A stretch of 64,000 nucleotides of DNA, taken from a virus. Its lineage: Duplodnaviria > Caudoviricetes. The position numbers and the translations under genes were made by a program. Location of the stretch: the IMG/VR virus record IMGVR_UViG_3300031867_004305, positions 64,001-128,000 of that record. One strand, given 5' to 3'. Shown piece after piece: positions 44,944 through 56,116 of this stretch. Each line of letters starts with the position of its first letter. Position 1 is the first letter of the stretch. The notes beneath the pieces are model-generated. The model was given only the letters and a program-made list of their open reading frames with translations. It was not told the DNA's origin and did no database searches.

Positions 44944-45245
44944 TGGGATTTTATGTAGTATCTGATACGGTGCTTACCTCTATAGCGGATGCTATTAGAG
45001 TAAGGTCAGGAGAAAATAAAGAATTAATTTTCCCTACAGATTTTATTGAAGAAATTGAAACCCTCGCACAAGATTATGAAATATGGAATGGAAATTATAT
45101 CGTTACTCCTACTATCGTGGCTCAAATTTTAGAAACACAAGGAAAAGTAATGAAGAATAATATGGTAATAAATGAAATTCCATATACAGAAGTTAGTAAT
45201 ACTTCTGGCGGTAATACGGTACGCATAGGGTTTTATGGAGAGTGA
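44943..45245 (+). CDS. Tail-associated protein
   Basis: LTSIADAIR...FP..F; N..GG.TV.IG. Confidence 0.6.
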   Translation: MGFYVVSDTVLTSIADAIRVRSGENKELIFPTDFIEEIETLAQDYEIWNGNYIVTPTIVAQILETQGKVMKNNMVINEIPYTEVSNTSGGNTVRIGFYGE

Positions 45246-45250
45246 TATAA

Positions 45251-45856
45251 ATGCCAAATACTTATAGAAATAAAGTTATATTTGGTAATGAAACTTTAAT
45301 TGATTTAACAGGCGATGACGTAAGCCGTAGTGATGTATTAGCAGGGAAAAAATTTCATTTACCAACTGGTGAGCCTACTACTGGTACCTGTGATTATGAT
45401 GCTTACACTAGTGATGCTACGGCTACAGCGGCTGAAATTTTAGCTACTAAAACTGCATATAAAAATGGTAGTAAATTAGTTGGTACAATGGCCAACAATG
45501 GTGCAGTTACAGGTACAATTTCTACTAAAACTGGTCAATATACTGTACCGCAAGGCTATCATGATGGCTCTGGTAAAGTCGGTATTGATAGTGCAGAGCA
45601 AGCTAAAATAATAGCAGAAAACATTCGTTCCGGCATTACTATTTTAGGTGTTGAAGGTACTATGAGCGGTAGTGAAGCAGTAAAAGCAACTTCTGCGACT
45701 ATTACTCCATATACTACAGCACAAACTATTACACCTTCTGATTTAGGTGATTATAATGCCATTACACAAATAAATGTCGCGGCGATTACTTATACAGAAA
45801 CTGATAATGAATTCGGTGGTGTTACAGTACAAATTGGCGATGTCATCCCTACTTGA
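45251..45856 (+). CDS. Tail fibre protein
   Basis: ATA..IL..KTAY..G.K..GTM, VP.GYHDGSG, NIRSG.TILGV.G. Confidence 0.7.
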   Translation: MPNTYRNKVIFGNETLIDLTGDDVSRSDVLAGKKFHLPTGEPTTGTCDYDAYTSDATATAAEILATKTAYKNGSKLVGTMANNGAVTGTISTKTGQYTVPQGYHDGSGKVGIDSAEQAKIIAENIRSGITILGVEGTMSGSEAVKATSATITPYTTAQTITPSDLGDYNAITQINVAAITYTETDNEFGGVTVQIGDVIPT

Positions 45857-45866
45857 GGTGAGATAA

Positions 45867-46127
45867 ATGGCAGTAAATAAAGTACAATTTGGCAATACTA
45901 CCGTTATGGATATTACTGATACAACCGCAGATAGTAACAGTGTACTTGCTGGTCAAATTTTTTACGCAAGTAACGGCACTAGAAGTGTAGGGAGTTTAAA
46001 TGATGCTACAACTACGACTCATGGCCTTATGACAGCAGAGGATAAGATAGCAATAGAAACTTTTAAATCTTTACGATTAAGTGTAGACGCACAAGGGTAT
46101 ATATGTCAAACAGTGGAGGTGAGCTAA
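45867..46127 (+). CDS. Tail-associated protein
   Basis: NKV.FG..T..D.T N-terminus shared with 45251 and 60590; GLMTAEDK. Confidence 0.65.
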   Translation: MAVNKVQFGNTTVMDITDTTADSNSVLAGQIFYASNGTRSVGSLNDATTTTHGLMTAEDKIAIETFKSLRLSVDAQGYICQTVEVS

Positions 46128-46128
46128 T

Positions 46129-47103
46129 ATGCCCGATTCAACTAAAAGAATACTTACAGATGAAACAGGACAAGGTATAGTTAGCGCCCTTCAACAATTA
46201 ATAGGTGTCGTGGATCCAAATGGAACAGCAGTTGCCGCCGCGGAAAAACTAAACGGTCTAACTGTAGAAATAAATGGTTTATCAGCAGGTGCTTCTCCTA
46301 CTGCCGCCTTAACAACTGTAAATAACCATTATCATCTTGCTTTGAATGTACCAATAGAATTGCCTACTGTTACTGCTTCAAATAATGGCCAAATAATAAA
46401 GGTAGAAAATGGAGTTTATACTGTAGCTGAACCGCCAAGTGGTTTACCCACTATTACCGCAGCAGATGATGGTAAAATTTTACAGGCAGATAATGGTGAA
46501 TGGGTCGCGGGTGAAAATTTACCAGCTGAAATGGTTGGTGCCACCGCACAAAGTGATGGAGAAACTGGATTAGTTCCCGCACCAACAAGTGGTGATGTAG
46601 ACAAATTCTTATCTGGAGATGGCACATACAAGAGTGGTGGTTTACCAATGGTTATTTTATCCTATGGTAATTCTACTTGGCAAGATTTTATTAATGCTTA
46701 TCGTAATAACGTTATTGTATACTGTCGTGCTTCTTCTAATAGTAACCCAGCTACTGGTACACAAACGCGAATGGGATTTATGGCTTATGTAAATAATCAG
46801 AATAATCCAACAGAAGTTGAATTTCAATATTATCGTTCTATGAATCCAACTAATAAATCAATTAATCAAATGAGTGACCAAGTATATGTTTATAAATTAA
46901 CTTCTGCTGGCACATGGACAGTTACTAGTCGTGAAGCAAGTATAAAAAAGATAGAAGTAGCTAGTACAAGTGCTGGAAGCGTTGCTTTTGACAAAAACAC
47001 CACTGTTTTAACTATTAACAGTGGATTGCCTAGCGTCACTTCTGAAGACGAAGGTAAAATTCTAAAAGTAGTCAATGGTGTATGGACAGCGGTTGACCCT
47101 TGA
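46129..47103 (+). CDS. Tail fibre protein
   Basis: LP.VT..D.GKIL.V.NG.W repeats; GLVPAP..GD..KFL.GDG. Confidence 0.7.
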   Translation: MPDSTKRILTDETGQGIVSALQQLIGVVDPNGTAVAAAEKLNGLTVEINGLSAGASPTAALTTVNNHYHLALNVPIELPTVTASNNGQIIKVENGVYTVAEPPSGLPTITAADDGKILQADNGEWVAGENLPAEMVGATAQSDGETGLVPAPTSGDVDKFLSGDGTYKSGGLPMVILSYGNSTWQDFINAYRNNVIVYCRASSNSNPATGTQTRMGFMAYVNNQNNPTEVEFQYYRSMNPTNKSINQMSDQVYVYKLTSAGTWTVTSREASIKKIEVASTSAGSVAFDKNTTVLTINSGLPSVTSEDEGKILKVVNGVWTAVDP

Positions 47104-47115
47104 TGAGGTGTTAAA

Positions 47116-47391
47116 ATGAAACGAGAAATCTATGAAGTATATGCCAAAATAGTAGATGCTAATGGTGCATATAATACTTTAAGCGGCTATCCAAAAACAT
47201 TTGATAGCAAAAATTATAATAATGATTTAGATAAAACTCTATTGCGAGCACGTGGTGAGTTCTATGAAACACTCGGTGCTATGTGTAAACGAGACGATAG
47301 GCAAAAACAATTTGTATTACTTATCCGTTCAGATGGATTAGCAATCGATTCACAAAGCATCGGAGAATTGGCTGATGTTGAGATAGAATAA
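47116..47391 (+). CDS. Hypothetical protein
   Basis: GAGGTG RBS. Confidence 0.7.
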   Translation: MKREIYEVYAKIVDANGAYNTLSGYPKTFDSKNYNNDLDKTLLRARGEFYETLGAMCKRDDRQKQFVLLIRSDGLAIDSQSIGELADVEIE

Positions 47392-47413
47392 AAATAATAT
47401 AAGGAGGTAACAT

Positions 47414-47812
47414 ATGATGATAAAAGATATAGCATATGAGCGTCGTCGTACTAGAGATTTACTTCTTGAATACGACATAAGTATTATGCCTCCTCATCCT
47501 CGTGCAGCAGGATTAAATATGATTTATCCTTGGGAAAATATGCCAACAAGTGTTTTAAGTCATCAATTATATATGGTGGCACAACAAAATGGATATAATG
47601 GATCAGAACAATTATTTTTAGATAATTTTGGCAATTTCGTTTCTGATAAAACAGTTCTTTATGCTAGATTTATTGACTTTCCAGAAATGGGAGAAACAAA
47701 TAAATTATATTTTGATTTAGATGAAAAAATACTATATTATTGGGATGGTAAATACATTCCAGTGAACGCGATGTTAATCGCTAATACTATTATAGATGGG
47801 GGTGAAGCCTAA
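47414..47812 (+). CDS. Tail-associated protein
   Basis: FP..GE.NKLY.D....YYWDG motif. Confidence 0.6.
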   Translation: MMIKDIAYERRRTRDLLLEYDISIMPPHPRAAGLNMIYPWENMPTSVLSHQLYMVAQQNGYNGSEQLFLDNFGNFVSDKTVLYARFIDFPEMGETNKLYFDLDEKILYYWDGKYIPVNAMLIANTIIDGGEA

Positions 47813-48762
47813 TGGCGGAGCAAAATAGTTTACGCGCAACTCTTATCATAAGAAATGATACCGCGGCTACCTGGGCTTCTAAAAATCCTAAGTTGGCAAA
47901 AGGCGAGATGGGCGTAGAAATTGATACCGGTTTGATGAAAATTGGTGATGGCTTGCTAAATTATAACGCTCTTCCCTATTTGAATGATGGAAATCAAAGC
48001 CTTGATGGTGTTTTAGTAAAATTAAATAACAATAGTCAGATTTCATTAGCTAACTTTGGTGAAAAATACTGGAAATATGATACCAACACAGGTAACATAG
48101 TTGAAGTTAATGAAACTGATCTATCTAGATGGCCTGAAACAGTAGAGCTTGAAATTCATAATGGTACTCCCCGCTGGGTCGCACCACGAGCTACTTTTAA
48201 TAAATTAGAGGGTACAATTGATGGTGTGTTAGTTACTTTAAGTAATTTGGAACCAATATATGATGCTGAAGCCGCTTCAAAGTATTATGTTGATAATACT
48301 ATAGAACAAAAAATTGCTACAGCTGGTTTATTAAGTCGTCAAATTGTATCTACGTTGCCAGCAAATCCAAGAGAAAATGTTATTTATATGATAAAAGATA
48401 ATTCCGTTACTAGCGGTGACGCATATAAGGAATACTTAGTTATAAATAATACTCTTACTCAAATTGGTGATACCACAATTGATTTGAATGGCTACGCACA
48501 AATTACCGGCACTCTTGTTCCAGGTAATTTAATCCAAGTAGGAGAAAATGGAGTTTTAATTGATTCGGGTATCGACCCAAGTGATATAGGTGCTTTAACA
48601 GTAGCCACTACTTCTAGATTAGGTGGTGTACTATCAAGTAATGCGGCGAATAGCGTATCTGTTGGGGTCACTGGTATTATGTCCTTAAATCAAGTTTCTA
48701 CTAATCTATTATACGTGCCTGATGACGGTAGCGAACTTATTTTAAATGGCGGCACAGCGTAA
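47812..48762 (+). CDS. Tail fibre protein (hyaluronidase/Mtd N-terminal-like)
   Basis: RNDT.A.W...NP.L..GE.G.E.DT..MKIGDG...Y..LPY. Confidence 0.7.
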   Translation: MAEQNSLRATLIIRNDTAATWASKNPKLAKGEMGVEIDTGLMKIGDGLLNYNALPYLNDGNQSLDGVLVKLNNNSQISLANFGEKYWKYDTNTGNIVEVNETDLSRWPETVELEIHNGTPRWVAPRATFNKLEGTIDGVLVTLSNLEPIYDAEAASKYYVDNTIEQKIATAGLLSRQIVSTLPANPRENVIYMIKDNSVTSGDAYKEYLVINNTLTQIGDTTIDLNGYAQITGTLVPGNLIQVGENGVLIDSGIDPSDIGALTVATTSRLGGVLSSNAANSVSVGVTGIMSLNQVSTNLLYVPDDGSELILNGGTA

Positions 48763-48774
48763 GGAGGGGTATAA

Positions 48775-50049
48775 ATGGCTAGTAATACATTAAAAACTAG
48801 AATACAGCTAAAATATGATACATATGTTAGATGGATAACTAGTTCTTTTGTACCTCTACTAGGTGAAGTTTGTATCGCAGAAATACCTAGCAGTTCAGCC
48901 AATAGCGGGCTTACTCCTCCCGCTATTGGTATTAAAGTAGGTGATGGTGTCCATACTTTTGCACAATTAGCTTGGATACAAGGCGTAGCCGGCGATGTCT
49001 ATGCTTGGGCAAAAGCAAGTTCTATAATCAATGAAAATACCAGTACTGATTTATTAAATTTTGTTGAAGAACATTCAACTAGTTATCAAATAGTACAGGG
49101 TACAAATGCTGATGTAAACAAATATTTCTTACAATCTCGAAATGATAGCAACGATCCTTGGACTACAGTAAGTACAATTGATTTATCAGCTACTATTTCC
49201 CGTATTCAAACTTTAGAAAGTGCAATTGGAAACTTGGGCAATGCCGCGACACATGATGTAGATTCTACTATAGATGATCTAGATGCTGACACTAATCTGC
49301 CAACTTCTGCGGCAGTAAAGAGCTATGTAGAAAGAAAATTAGGTACTATTGGCGGAGCAATGAAATTCATTGGAACCGCAACGGTAGATATTACTGATAA
49401 TACCTTCCCTGCTATTGCTAATTACACTACTCCAGAAGCGGGCGATGTAGTGCTTCGTAGCCAAAAAGAATATGTATGGAATGGAACTGAATGGCAACTA
49501 TTTGGTGCAGAAGGCGATTACGCATTAAAAACCATTACTGTAACAGGCACTAATGGACTTAGAGGCGGCGGTGCTATCAGTAGTAATCAAACTATTGAAC
49601 ACTATGTTCCTACTTCCAACGATGGCACATCAACATTAGGTTCTGCATCTGATAACAATGGTCGTACATACGTTCAAACTATTGCCACAGATAATTACGG
49701 TCATATTACCAGTGTTACTGTCGCGGCAGAAACTGTAACTGATACTCGATATGAATTAGTACAGGACCAAACAAATACCAATCAATATACCTTCCGTGAA
49801 GTTGGTGCACAATCTGGTACTACATTTACTATTTCTGAAGAAGGTACAACATACACATTTGCGGAAGGAAGTACAAACGGTGCTTTTAATGTCACTCCTT
49901 CTGATGCACAAACAGCACAGTCTGTACCTGTTCACGGCCTGACCAATATTGCCTTCGGCGGGAACACTAACTATCTCACTCAAGGAAATGATGATTATTT
50001 AGTCTTTACTTGTGGTACCGCACAAACTTTAATTGATGATGGTACCTAA
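48775..50049 (+). CDS. Tail fibre protein (same N-terminal family)
   Basis: TRIQLKYDT...W...P..GE...KVGDG. Confidence 0.7.
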   Translation: MASNTLKTRIQLKYDTYVRWITSSFVPLLGEVCIAEIPSSSANSGLTPPAIGIKVGDGVHTFAQLAWIQGVAGDVYAWAKASSIINENTSTDLLNFVEEHSTSYQIVQGTNADVNKYFLQSRNDSNDPWTTVSTIDLSATISRIQTLESAIGNLGNAATHDVDSTIDDLDADTNLPTSAAVKSYVERKLGTIGGAMKFIGTATVDITDNTFPAIANYTTPEAGDVVLRSQKEYVWNGTEWQLFGAEGDYALKTITVTGTNGLRGGGAISSNQTIEHYVPTSNDGTSTLGSASDNNGRTYVQTIATDNYGHITSVTVAAETVTDTRYELVQDQTNTNQYTFREVGAQSGTTFTISEEGTTYTFAEGSTNGAFNVTPSDAQTAQSVPVHGLTNIAFGGNTNYLTQGNDDYLVFTCGTAQTLIDDGT

Positions 50050-50067
50050 TATAAGGAGGGAGAAAAA

Positions 50068-50202
50068 ATGAGTTTAAAAGATTTATTAGGAATTGACATT
50101 GCGACTGAACGCAATGATTTTATAAATAACCAATCAGAACAAGTTTATGAAAAAGATGAAAATGGAAATCTTGTATTAGTGGAAGGTGAGGAAGATGACT
50201 AA
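50068..50202 (+). CDS. 44-aa acidic protein (not in ORF track)
   Basis: AAGGAGG RBS; MSLKDLLGID...EEDD*. Confidence 0.55.
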   Translation: MSLKDLLGIDIATERNDFINNQSEQVYEKDENGNLVLVEGEEDD

Positions 50203-51124
50203 CCTAAAAAAAGGTAGCAAAGGTAATGAAGTACGTATGCTACAATTATATTTGGTTGTAGTTTCAGATGGTATCTTCGGCCCTAAGACGCAAGCCGCTG
50301 TAAAAGAGTTCCAAAAAAATAATAATTTGCCTGTTACTGGCGAAGTTTCTTCTGTAGAATGGACTGTAATTGCTAAAAAATTACCTACTATTAAATTAGG
50401 TTCTACTGGTGATAGCGTAAAAATTTGGCAATACTTTATGAATGTTGAGGCTAATGGTGTATTTAGCACTGATTTGCGTGCAAAGACACGTACCTATCAA
50501 AATGTTAGTGGCCTAACTGTTGATGGAGTAGTAGGGCCAAAGACTTGGGCTAAAGCACTTATTACTGAGGAAAAAACATCCAGTAAAACTGATACTTATA
50601 ATACCCCAGGCAAGAAAAACGTGAAGCCAAATGATTATAAGCAATACGATAGCCGTTGGGGTTCTGTAATTTATACACAGAACAATACCTACAATAAAAC
50701 TCAAACCATTCGTAATTCTGGTTGTGGCCCTTCTTCTATGTCTGATATAGTTTCCACTTGGTGGGATAAGTCAGTCACTCCAAGGACTTTAGCCGCACTT
50801 TCAGTAGCAAATGGCTACCGCACAAAGAGTAGCGGAACAGATTGGGGTTTCTTCAAGTTTTGTGCGAAAAAGTACGGAGCAAGTAAATTCGTTCAGACTA
50901 CTTCTTACGCTACTGCTGAAGAAGCAATTAAAAATGGTGCCTATGTTGTCAGCTCAATGAAGCCCGGCCTATGGACTAAAGGAGGCCACTTCATTTGCTG
51001 GTGGTGGGTTGATGACACTTATGTATATGTAAATGACCCAGCTTCTTCTGCTTCTGCTCGTGCGAAAGCAAAGAAAAAGTTAATGAAAGAACAATGTAAA
51101 CAATACTTTATTTTTTATAAGTAA
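50195..51124 (+). CDS. Endolysin-like: peptidoglycan-binding repeats + C39-like cysteine peptidase
   Basis: DGIFGPKT, DGVVGPKTW; Q.D.RW, SGCGP, GHF, VNDP. Confidence 0.8.
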   Translation: MTNLKKGSKGNEVRMLQLYLVVVSDGIFGPKTQAAVKEFQKNNNLPVTGEVSSVEWTVIAKKLPTIKLGSTGDSVKIWQYFMNVEANGVFSTDLRAKTRTYQNVSGLTVDGVVGPKTWAKALITEEKTSSKTDTYNTPGKKNVKPNDYKQYDSRWGSVIYTQNNTYNKTQTIRNSGCGPSSMSDIVSTWWDKSVTPRTLAALSVANGYRTKSSGTDWGFFKFCAKKYGASKFVQTTSYATAEEAIKNGAYVVSSMKPGLWTKGGHFICWWWVDDTYVYVNDPASSASARAKAKKKLMKEQCKQYFIFYK

Positions 51125-51158
51125 GGTTGGCTGAAACGATGCCAAGGAAGTGATTTTT

Positions 51159-54100
51159 ATGGCACATAACACCATAAAAACGAGAATTCAGTTGAAAAAT
51201 GATACTGAAGCACATTGGAATTTAGCAACGAACTTTATTCCACGCGAGGGTGAGATCATCGTCTATTCAGCTGATGGATCTCACCCTTTTTCTCGTTTAA
51301 AAGTTGGTGATGGAAATACAAATGTTGTAAATCTTCCATTTATTGACGCGGGCACAATAAATGGAAGTATACCTACTTTTACAGATACTAACACCACTTA
51401 TACTTTTTCTTCTTTACCAAATGGTGATGGTATTCATATACTTTCTTCTGACGATCAAATTCAAATTGTAGAAAGTGAGCCTGATAGTAATGGAGGAATA
51501 GTTGTAACTATAGGAGAAAATGCGAATGAAGCTATTGTAAGAATGAATGCTGCGTCAGATGCTATGCGGTTTTTAGGTACAACTTCCACTTCTATTAGTG
51601 ATGGAAATACTACAGCTACTATTACTTTAGGCTCAACCTCTCACACAGCAACTACAGGTAATGTGGTGGTTAGTAATGGCGTAAAATATGTTTGGGATGG
51701 TACTGCATGGCGAACTCTTTCTTCAAATCTTGATACTTATTTTTCGCAAACAGGCGATATGATTTATAAGGACGCACAAGGTATAGCAACTCTAAGTATA
51801 GGGCAGAATGGAAACTTCTTAATGGTAAATAATGGAGTACCATATTGGGGTTCTTTATCTTTACCTACTGCGACTGATACCGTAAGTGGTATCACAAAAC
51901 TTGGTGCGACAGGCGGTGCCGCGACTTATTCCCATAGTCACGGAAATATAAATAGTGATGGTACTTGGAGCGGTGGTGCCGGCATTATAGTTGCGGATAG
52001 CAATGGTACGCTTTCAACCGCTACTATAAGCCCATCATCCAGTGAAAGTTCTACTTCTACTGATAAATATGTTTCTAATGTAACACAAGATTCGAGTGGC
52101 AGTATCGCTGTTACGAAGTCTCCACTCCCCGAAGCTTCTACTTCTACTAAAGGCATGGTATTCTTGGGTGCGAGTGGTGGTGCCGCGAGATATGAAGATA
52201 TAGTGACCGCCGCCGCGATAAAGCAAGATTTGGGTATAGTAACTGGCGATAATTCCTCTGCTTTTTTGAGAAAAGATGGCAGTTGGATTGTTCCTGATAA
52301 TACTACCTATACCGCTGCGACAAATGGTGGTTTGGCACTTAGCGGAACAGCCTTTAGTGTGGCAGAAGGAGGTATTACGAATGGTATGCTTGTGGGAAAT
52401 ATTAGTAGTGGAAAATTGGCAAATGATGCTACTATTACTATTGGCACCCAGAGTATAAAAGTTGGTAATAGCTTTGATTTGAGTACCATCGCCGCAGATT
52501 TAGGAATTACTGGCTCTATGACTTTCGTAGGTATTACCAGTACTAATCTAGAAGATGAAAGTACAACTTCCACTCTTGTTGAAGAAAGCACTGGCAGTCT
52601 TACCAAGAGAACTAACTTTATTGCTGGTGATGTAGTAATATCAGGGCATTATGAATTTATTTGGACTGGAAGTAAATGGGAAAAATTGGGCGGCGATAGC
52701 TCATATAAAGTTTTACAAGATACAGCCGTATCAAGTCCCGCAACAGTAGGCACAGATACTGCTTTTATCGCTACTATTAGTCAAAATGTAAATGGTGATA
52801 TTACCGCGACTAAAGCCGCGATACCCGAAGCCTCTACATCCCAAAGAGGTATTATACAAATTGCTACTCCTGACGCTAATGGAGTAGTAGGTAGTAGTGA
52901 TATTACGGCAAATGAAAAGGCAGCCGCAGGTAATCATACCCACTACTATGCGGGAAGTGCTACTGTAGGTGGTCCTGCCGCGGAAGTCGCACAAACTTTA
53001 AAATTAGAGTTTGGCCCTTCAAATAATACTTTTTCTGGTGTTGAAGACGCAAACCAATATACCTATAAAGGAGATACAGCTAAAACTGTTCGTGTAGTGC
53101 CAGGAACAGATTTGGAAATTACAGCCAGTAGCAATAGAGTAGTAATCAATCACGCCGCAGCCGCAGAAGCAAATGGCGATGCTCTTTCTACACCTAATAC
53201 AGCTCAAACCCCTGCTTTTGGAGCAACATTTAATATACCTGTTGTGAAAAAGAACGCACGCGGGCATATTACTGCTTTGGATACTACAACTGTTACTATA
53301 CCTGCGTTTCCAAGTTTAAGCGACACCGATGCTTATACTGGAGTATTGCCTATTACAAAAGGTGGTACTGGTACAGGTGTATTAAACGCGGGAGAAGCCG
53401 GTTCAGTTGTTGTGCGTGAGTTAAGTGGTGAAACACTTAGCACTCGTACTATAGTTAATAATACTACACCTACCGCCGCGGTAAGTAGCACTGGAATACC
53501 CACTATGGCTACATTGACAAATACCTTAACTAAAATTAATGGTCTTTCTCAAAGTGGAGACATAGGTACTAATAATAGCGGTATTTACGCTCCTACTAGT
53601 GCTGGTAGTTCTGGACAATTTTTAAAATCTAGTGGTACTGGTGCACCTACTTGGGAAACTGTAACTATTCCCGCCATTACACTAAATAATGCTGTGACTA
53701 ATTCACCTAATTTTTATGCTCCTACTACTTCCGGGGCTGCAGGAGATGTATTAGTTTCAAATGGTACTAGTCAAGCACCTAGTTGGAGTACATTTAAAAG
53801 TTTAGTTTTAGAAACAATTTATCCAGTTGGTAGTATTTATATTACTACGGATGCTACTAGTCCAGCCACTTTATTCGGCGGGACTTGGGATAGGTATGCT
53901 CAGGGCAGAGTTTTGCTTGGATATAGTAGTTCCAGTGTTAGTGATGGTACTAATAGTATGACATTTGATACTCTCGGAGCAACTGGTGGTAAATTCTATG
54001 TACCAGGTGTTGTAAACCATAATCATAGTATCACTGGTAGCGTTGGAGGTAGTGATGGAACTCATACACATGGAAGTAGTATGACCGGATTATCAATTAG

Positions 54101-54518
54101 TGGCGGTAACCATACACACTCCCACACTTTATCTGTTTCTTCACATAACCATAGTTTTACTGTACCAGATCATAGACATTATAATGGAGCAAGTAGTGGT
54201 TTAAAGGGTAGCGGTTCAGGTACTGCTAGCGATGTAAACTATGATAGTGCTAGTCAAAAAACAACTTTTCATACTGGTGGTATCAACTTTACAAAAACAC
54301 CTGCTACTGGAACAACTGGTTCAGCATCTCCTTCTCTTTCTGGCAGTATTAGTTCTAGTACCTCACATTCTCATACTATTAGTGGTTCTGTGACTGTAAA
54401 TTCTACCAATAGCGGCCATAGCCACTCATTTTCTCTAACGGCATCTTATAAGGGTGATAGCTCAGTTTCTAACTTACAGCCATATGTAGTAGTTTATATT
54501 TGGAAACGTACAAGATAA
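51159..54518 (+). CDS. Long tail fibre / baseplate protein with His-rich tip
   Basis: Hyaluronidase-like N-terminus; YPVGSIY...GGTW...GRVL.G; HxH repeats; NLQPY..VY.W.R. Confidence 0.75.
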   Translation: MAHNTIKTRIQLKNDTEAHWNLATNFIPREGEIIVYSADGSHPFSRLKVGDGNTNVVNLPFIDAGTINGSIPTFTDTNTTYTFSSLPNGDGIHILSSDDQIQIVESEPDSNGGIVVTIGENANEAIVRMNAASDAMRFLGTTSTSISDGNTTATITLGSTSHTATTGNVVVSNGVKYVWDGTAWRTLSSNLDTYFSQTGDMIYKDAQGIATLSIGQNGNFLMVNNGVPYWGSLSLPTATDTVSGITKLGATGGAATYSHSHGNINSDGTWSGGAGIIVADSNGTLSTATISPSSSESSTSTDKYVSNVTQDSSGSIAVTKSPLPEASTSTKGMVFLGASGGAARYEDIVTAAAIKQDLGIVTGDNSSAFLRKDGSWIVPDNTTYTAATNGGLALSGTAFSVAEGGITNGMLVGNISSGKLANDATITIGTQSIKVGNSFDLSTIAADLGITGSMTFVGITSTNLEDESTTSTLVEESTGSLTKRTNFIAGDVVISGHYEFIWTGSKWEKLGGDSSYKVLQDTAVSSPATVGTDTAFIATISQNVNGDITATKAAIPEASTSQRGIIQIATPDANGVVGSSDITANEKAAAGNHTHYYAGSATVGGPAAEVAQTLKLEFGPSNNTFSGVEDANQYTYKGDTAKTVRVVPGTDLEITASSNRVVINHAAAAEANGDALSTPNTAQTPAFGATFNIPVVKKNARGHITALDTTTVTIPAFPSLSDTDAYTGVLPITKGGTGTGVLNAGEAGSVVVRELSGETLSTRTIVNNTTPTAAVSSTGIPTMATLTNTLTKINGLSQSGDIGTNNSGIYAPTSAGSSGQFLKSSGTGAPTWETVTIPAITLNNAVTNSPNFYAPTTSGAAGDVLVSNGTSQAPSWSTFKSLVLETIYPVGSIYITTDATSPATLFGGTWDRYAQGRVLLGYSSSSVSDGTNSMTFDTLGATGGKFYVPGVVNHNHSITGSVGGSDGTHTHGSSMTGLSISGGNHTHSHTLSVSSHNHSFTVPDHRHYNGASSGLKGSGSGTASDVNYDSASQKTTFHTGGINFTKTPATGTTGSASPSLSGSISSSTSHSHTISGSVTVNSTNSGHSHSFSLTASYKGDSSVSNLQPYVVVYIWKRTR

Positions 54519-54529
54519 GGAGGTACATT

Positions 54530-54997
54530 ATGTATTATTTTCAAACAAAATCAGAAGATGAAGGATATGTAACCTTAATGGTAATGTACGCTCCTTCACA
54601 AGAGTTTCTAGAACAAGAGCTTAAAAATTCAAACTGTTATTATAGCGACAGTATAGAAGACGCAATCAAGCATTTTAACATTCAAATAAAAGATGGCTCT
54701 TTTTACATCCCCAACAAAGATGAAGAAGCCCTTAAATCAATAGGAGTTGCCGCGAACGAATCAAAAAATTTCCGCACCACTCTTAATTCCCTTCTAGCCG
54801 AAATGCCCAACTCCGAAGCATTACAAAATGTAATCCTCTTTCCGGCTTGGGCACCTGATACGCATTATGTTGCGGGCGAACGCATACGTTATGATAACAC
54901 TCTCTATCGTGTAATTCAAACCCATATTTCCCAACCTGACTGGTTGCCAAATATCGTAACCAGTCTATTTACACCAATCATTTTAGAAGCCGAATAA
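54530..54997 (+). CDS. CBM5/12-like tail accessory protein
   Basis: FPAW....Y..GERIRY...LY..IQ.H.SQ.DW.P. Confidence 0.7.
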   Translation: MYYFQTKSEDEGYVTLMVMYAPSQEFLEQELKNSNCYYSDSIEDAIKHFNIQIKDGSFYIPNKDEEALKSIGVAANESKNFRTTLNSLLAEMPNSEALQNVILFPAWAPDTHYVAGERIRYDNTLYRVIQTHISQPDWLPNIVTSLFTPIILEAE

Positions 54998-55050
54998 ATT
55001 ACTTTAAATAAGCCAAAGCAAACTCCACCTCACATAACGAGGTGAGATAA

Positions 55051-55524
55051 ATGAAAAAAATCCTCGTCGCTCTAATCGCGGCTTTGCTTCTTTGCCCTGC
55101 GGTAAAAGGCATCCCAATTACCGACGAAGCCTTGACTCATTTAGGTAAGCCTTATGTATATGCGACAGCCGGTCCAAATACATTTGACTGTTCTGGCTTC
55201 ACTTGTTACTGCTATAAAGTAGTAGAGGAAGTAGAACTAAAACGTTCCGCGAGAGACCAAGGGTATGACGACTCATATGAAAAGATTGAAAGTGCAGAAA
55301 GCTTGATACCAGGAGATCTCGTCTTTTTCAACACTAATCAATCGGACCTAGACAAAAGCGACCACGCGGGTATGTATCTCGGGAACGGAGAATTTATTCA
55401 TTGTTCCTCTAGTAAAGGGAAGGTAGTAATTTCTTCTCTGCTTGAAGGATTTTATAATGAACATTTTTCTTGGGGTAGAAGAGTTATTACACGAACTACT
55501 AAAACTTATCCACATCGAAGATGA
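55051..55524 (+). CDS. Secreted NlpC/P60 peptidase
   Basis: Signal peptide; GKPY, FDCSGF, PGDLVFF, H.GMY.G..FIH. Confidence 0.9.
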   Translation: MKKILVALIAALLLCPAVKGIPITDEALTHLGKPYVYATAGPNTFDCSGFTCYCYKVVEEVELKRSARDQGYDDSYEKIESAESLIPGDLVFFNTNQSDLDKSDHAGMYLGNGEFIHCSSSKGKVVISSLLEGFYNEHFSWGRRVITRTTKTYPHRR

Positions 55525-55540
55525 AGGAGGAACGATACCT

Positions 55541-56101
55541 ATGGCATATCAAGCAAAAACTTGGGTTGGGCGCGAGCTAATTAGGGCTACCGCGCTCAAC
55601 CATATTGAAGAAGGTATTGAAACTAATAGTGAAAAAATTGAAGCGTTGGAAGAATCCAGCGTTAGTTATAAAGAGCAACAAATTCTTACTGAACAAGAAA
55701 AATTGTTGGCTAGGGAGAATATCGGGGCGGCAGGAGCAGGAGAAGCAGGAATGGCCCAAAATGGAGTTGCTGCCGGCGGTGCTAGCGGCCAGATGCTTGT
55801 AAAAACATCTTTAACTGATTATGTTACTGGTTGGACAGATGTACCGCATACCAATGTTTTAAATCTTACTGTGCTAGCTAATGCGTGGCAAAATTCTAGT
55901 GTAACACTTACTGCGAACGGCGTCACGGCAAGTAATGATATAGTTGTAAGTATGAGTGAGAATATGACAGAAGCACAATATAATGCTGTGCGAGGAGCCG
56001 GTATTATATGTACAGCACAAGGTACAAATAGTATTACTCTAACTGCCTATGATGAAGTACCATCAATAAATATTCCTATTACTGTATTTATTTTACCATA
56101 A
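55541..56101 (+). CDS. Tail fibre connector protein
   Basis: N-terminus like the 32124 protein; C-terminal domain like that of 60832. Confidence 0.65.
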   Translation: MAYQAKTWVGRELIRATALNHIEEGIETNSEKIEALEESSVSYKEQQILTEQEKLLARENIGAAGAGEAGMAQNGVAAGGASGQMLVKTSLTDYVTGWTDVPHTNVLNLTVLANAWQNSSVTLTANGVTASNDIVVSMSENMTEAQYNAVRGAGIICTAQGTNSITLTAYDEVPSINIPITVFILP

Positions 56102-56116
56102 TAGGAGGGGAGATAA